Shown here: piece by piece, positions 62,171 through 64,000 of the stretch | Numbering within the stretch: position 1 is the first letter of the stretch | How the letters are laid out: each line of letters starts with the position of its first letter | From: Opitutaceae bacterium | Lineage (GTDB): Bacteria; Verrucomicrobiota; Verrucomicrobiia; Opitutales; Opitutaceae | NCBI GenBank assembly: GCA_036261745.1 | Contig: DATAKE010000099.1 | Location: 38,173 to 102,172 of the forward strand | DNA length: 64,000 nucleotides | Direction of reading: 5' to 3' | Program-made: the position numbers and the translations under genes | Notes under the pieces: model-generated | The model's database searches: none | Seen by the model: the letters and a program-made list of their open reading frames with translations, nothing else | Told to the model about the DNA's origin: nothing

Positions 62171-62955
62171 GCGTCACGAGCAACCACGCGCTCCTCACGG
62201 TCGAGGATGTCTCGAAGACCTACGATGGCTTCAAGGCCATCACGAATCTCAACTTCTACCTGTTCGCCGGTGAACTGCGCACGGTCATCGGCCCGAACGG
62301 CGCGGGGAAATCCACCTTCTTCGATCTCATCACCGGTCGCGCGAAACCCGACAGGGGCAAGATCGAGTTCGGCTCCCACTCGGCCGCGAGCCACGATCTC
62401 ACCGCGCTGAACGAATACGAAATCAACCGCCTCGGCATCGGCCGGAAATTCCAGACCCCGAGCGTCTACGTCGAGCACACCGTCTGGAACAACCTCGTGC
62501 TCTCCCTCAAGGGACCGCGCGGGGTTTTCCCCTCGTTGTTCCGGAAACTCTCCTCGACGGACCGCGACCGGCTCGACGAACTGCTCGCGCTCATCCGCCT
62601 GTCCGACAAACGCGACTGGAAGGCCGGCCTGCTCGCGCACGGCGAGAAGCAGTGGCTGGAGATCGGCATGCTCCTCGCGCAGGACCCGAAGGTCCTGCTC
62701 GTCGACGAACCCGCCGCCGGCATGACCGACGAGGAAACCCACCGCACCGGCGAACTCCTCATCAGCCTCGCGGGCAAGCACAGCATCGTCGTCGTCGAGC
62801 ACGACATGACGTTCGTGAAACAGATCGCCCGCGACAACAAGGTCACGGTCCTCCACCAGGGTACGGTGCTCTGCGAGGGAAAATTTGACGAGGTGCAGGC
62901 GGACCCGAAGGTCCGCGAAGTCTACCTCGGCCGCGGCAAACACGGGACACGCTAA
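62167..62955 (+). CDS. urtD: urea ABC transporter ATP-binding protein UrtD
   Basis: The ATG overlaps the urtC TGA. Walker A reads GPNGAGKST, with an ABC signature and Walker B ([10 protein letters not shown]). Confidence 0.9.
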   Translation: MSVTSNHALLTVEDVSKTYDGFKAITNLNFYLFAGELRTVIGPNGAGKSTFFDLITGRAKPDRGKIEFGSHSAASHDLTALNEYEINRLGIGRKFQTPSVYVEHTVWNNLVLSLKGPRGVFPSLFRKLSSTDRDRLDELLALIRLSDKRDWKAGLLAHGEKQWLEIGMLLAQDPKVLLVDEPAAGMTDEETHRTGELLISLAGKHSIVVVEHDMTFVKQIARDNKVTVLHQGTVLCEGKFDEVQADPKVREVYLGRGKHGTR

Positions 62956-63091
62956 ACACTCGCCTCGATCTCTCCGACATGCCCTCCACCAATTGCCAGT
63001 TACCAACTACTGATTACCTGCAGCGTCGCGTGCGTAGTTGGTAGTTGGAAATTAGTAATTGGTCCCGAGCGCTCAGATCCGTTCACCCTCC

Positions 63092-63886
63092 ATGTCCGCC
63101 TTACTTCAGCTGCAGTCGGTCGAAACCTTCATCGGCGGCTCCCGCATCCTCCGCGGCGTCGATCTCGAGATCAATGCGGGCGAGGTCGTCGCCCTCATGG
63201 GCCGCAACGGCGTCGGCAAAACCACCACGCTGCGGGCGATCACCGGCGTGCTGCCGGTGCGCGCGGGCTCAATCACCTTCGACGGCAAACGCATCGACCG
63301 GCTCGCTTCCGATGTCCGCGCCCGCGCCGGCATCGGCTATGTGCCGCAGGGGCGCGATATTTTTCCGCATCTCACCGTCGAGGAAAACCTGCACGTCGGC
63401 CTCGTCGTTCACAACCGCAAGGGCGCCGACGCCCGCGCCGCGCTCGAGCGGGTCTACGCGCTGTTCCCCGTGCTGAAAGACATGCTCTCCCGCAAAGGCG
63501 GCGTGCTGTCCGGCGGACAGCAGCAGCAGCTCGCGATCGGCCGCGCGCTGCTGACGAATCCCAAGCTCCTGATCCTCGACGAACCCACCGAGGGCATCCA
63601 GCCGTCGATCATCGACCAGATCGGCGACACGTTGAAAAAATTGAAGGCGCCGCGCGCCCCGGAGGAGGTTTTCGAACGCGCCGCCAAGGACGTCCGGGAA
63701 ATCACGAATGCGGTGAAGCAGCTCAAGCAGGAGCACGCGCTCGCGATCCTGCTCGTCGAGCAATACGTGGATTTCTGCCGCGAGGTCGCCGACCGCTACT
63801 ACGCGATGGACCGCGGCGTCGTGGTCGTGTCCGGCCCGATCGCCACCCTCACCGACGAAGTCGTGAAACAACATCTGCAAGTCTGA
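63092..63886 (+). CDS. urtE: urea ABC transporter ATP-binding protein UrtE
   Basis: Walker A reads GRNGVGKTT. Also SGGQQQQLAIGRAL and LILDEPTEGIQPSII. It carries an extra ~25-aa segment before the conserved LLVEQ motif. Confidence 0.9.
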   Translation: MSALLQLQSVETFIGGSRILRGVDLEINAGEVVALMGRNGVGKTTTLRAITGVLPVRAGSITFDGKRIDRLASDVRARAGIGYVPQGRDIFPHLTVEENLHVGLVVHNRKGADARAALERVYALFPVLKDMLSRKGGVLSGGQQQQLAIGRALLTNPKLLILDEPTEGIQPSIIDQIGDTLKKLKAPRAPEEVFERAAKDVREITNAVKQLKQEHALAILLVEQYVDFCREVADRYYAMDRGVVVVSGPIATLTDEVVKQHLQV

Positions 63887-63890
63887 CCCG

Positions 63891-63992
63891 AAGCTGAGAG
63901 CCAAGAGTCCAGAGCTGAGAGCAAGAACCAGAAAATAAATCCCCGCTCGCCTCCGATCCTGCTCTCAGCTCTAGACTCTCAGCGCTTAGCTT
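63891..63992. repeat. CTNAGAG-heptamer palindromic element, copy 2 (intergenic, 3' of urtE), followed by a T-run
   Basis: The arms AAGCTGAGAGCCAAGAGTCCAGAGCTGAGAGC and GCTCTCAGCTCTAGACTCTCAGCGCTTAGCTT are imperfect reverse complements. It is the same family as the element inside valS. It is followed by TTTTTCTTTT, so it likely also acts as a terminator. Confidence 0.8.
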
Positions 63993-64000
63993 TTTCTTTT

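Noticed and set aside
60188-62955. Long ORFs 60188..62170 and 61696..62955 as alternative urtC / urtD gene models
   Set aside because: The conserved permease and ABC sequences start at ATGs that overlap the upstream stops (ATGA at 60959 and 62167). The upstream portions lie in other genes' frames.

Overview
This is a high-GC (about 65%) bacterial chromosomal segment. The gene content and the ECF sigma factors with C-terminal extensions suggest a Verrucomicrobiota / Opitutales-like organism, but that is inference only. Most of the window is ordinary housekeeping and accessory genes.

Core content, in order:
- purL N-terminus on the minus strand.
- A three-gene secreted-protein cassette: two roughly 90%-identical paralogous metzincin-motif proteins flanking a discoidin-like protein.
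- purF (long form) and a purM-like gene.
- An ECF sigma / anti-sigma pair with a PL1 pectate-lyase-like gene.
- A complete kdpFABC-kdpDE potassium-uptake system.
- A DEAD-box helicase.
- A second ECF-sigma-like protein with a C-terminal extension.
- An HNH endonuclease flanked by repeats.
- A GAF histidine kinase, glnD and valS.
- An FMN reductase, gmd and fcl.
- prfB with its programmed +1 frameshift.
- A second PL1 pectate lyase.
- A DUF3500-like protein.
- A periplasmic-sensor hybrid histidine kinase.
- sucC-VOC-sucD.
- Flotillin preceded by an unusual ECF-sigma-like / NfeD fusion protein.
- A porin plus the urea ABC transporter urtABCDE.

Non-coding structure is rich. Four copies of a roughly 70-bp REP-like palindrome sit just 3' of genes. 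Two copies of a roughly 88-bp palindromic MITE-like element and one related palindrome lie next to a RAYT-like gene remnant. A roughly 93-nt palindromic element built from CTNAGAG units is present once intergenically and once inserted in frame inside valS. An AT-cored palindromic terminator family brackets the hybrid kinase.

The most notable candidates are the duplicated metzincin-like cassette, the in-frame repeat insertion in valS, and the sigma-NfeD-flotillin module. All functional calls are from reading the sequence and ORF translations only; no searches were run.
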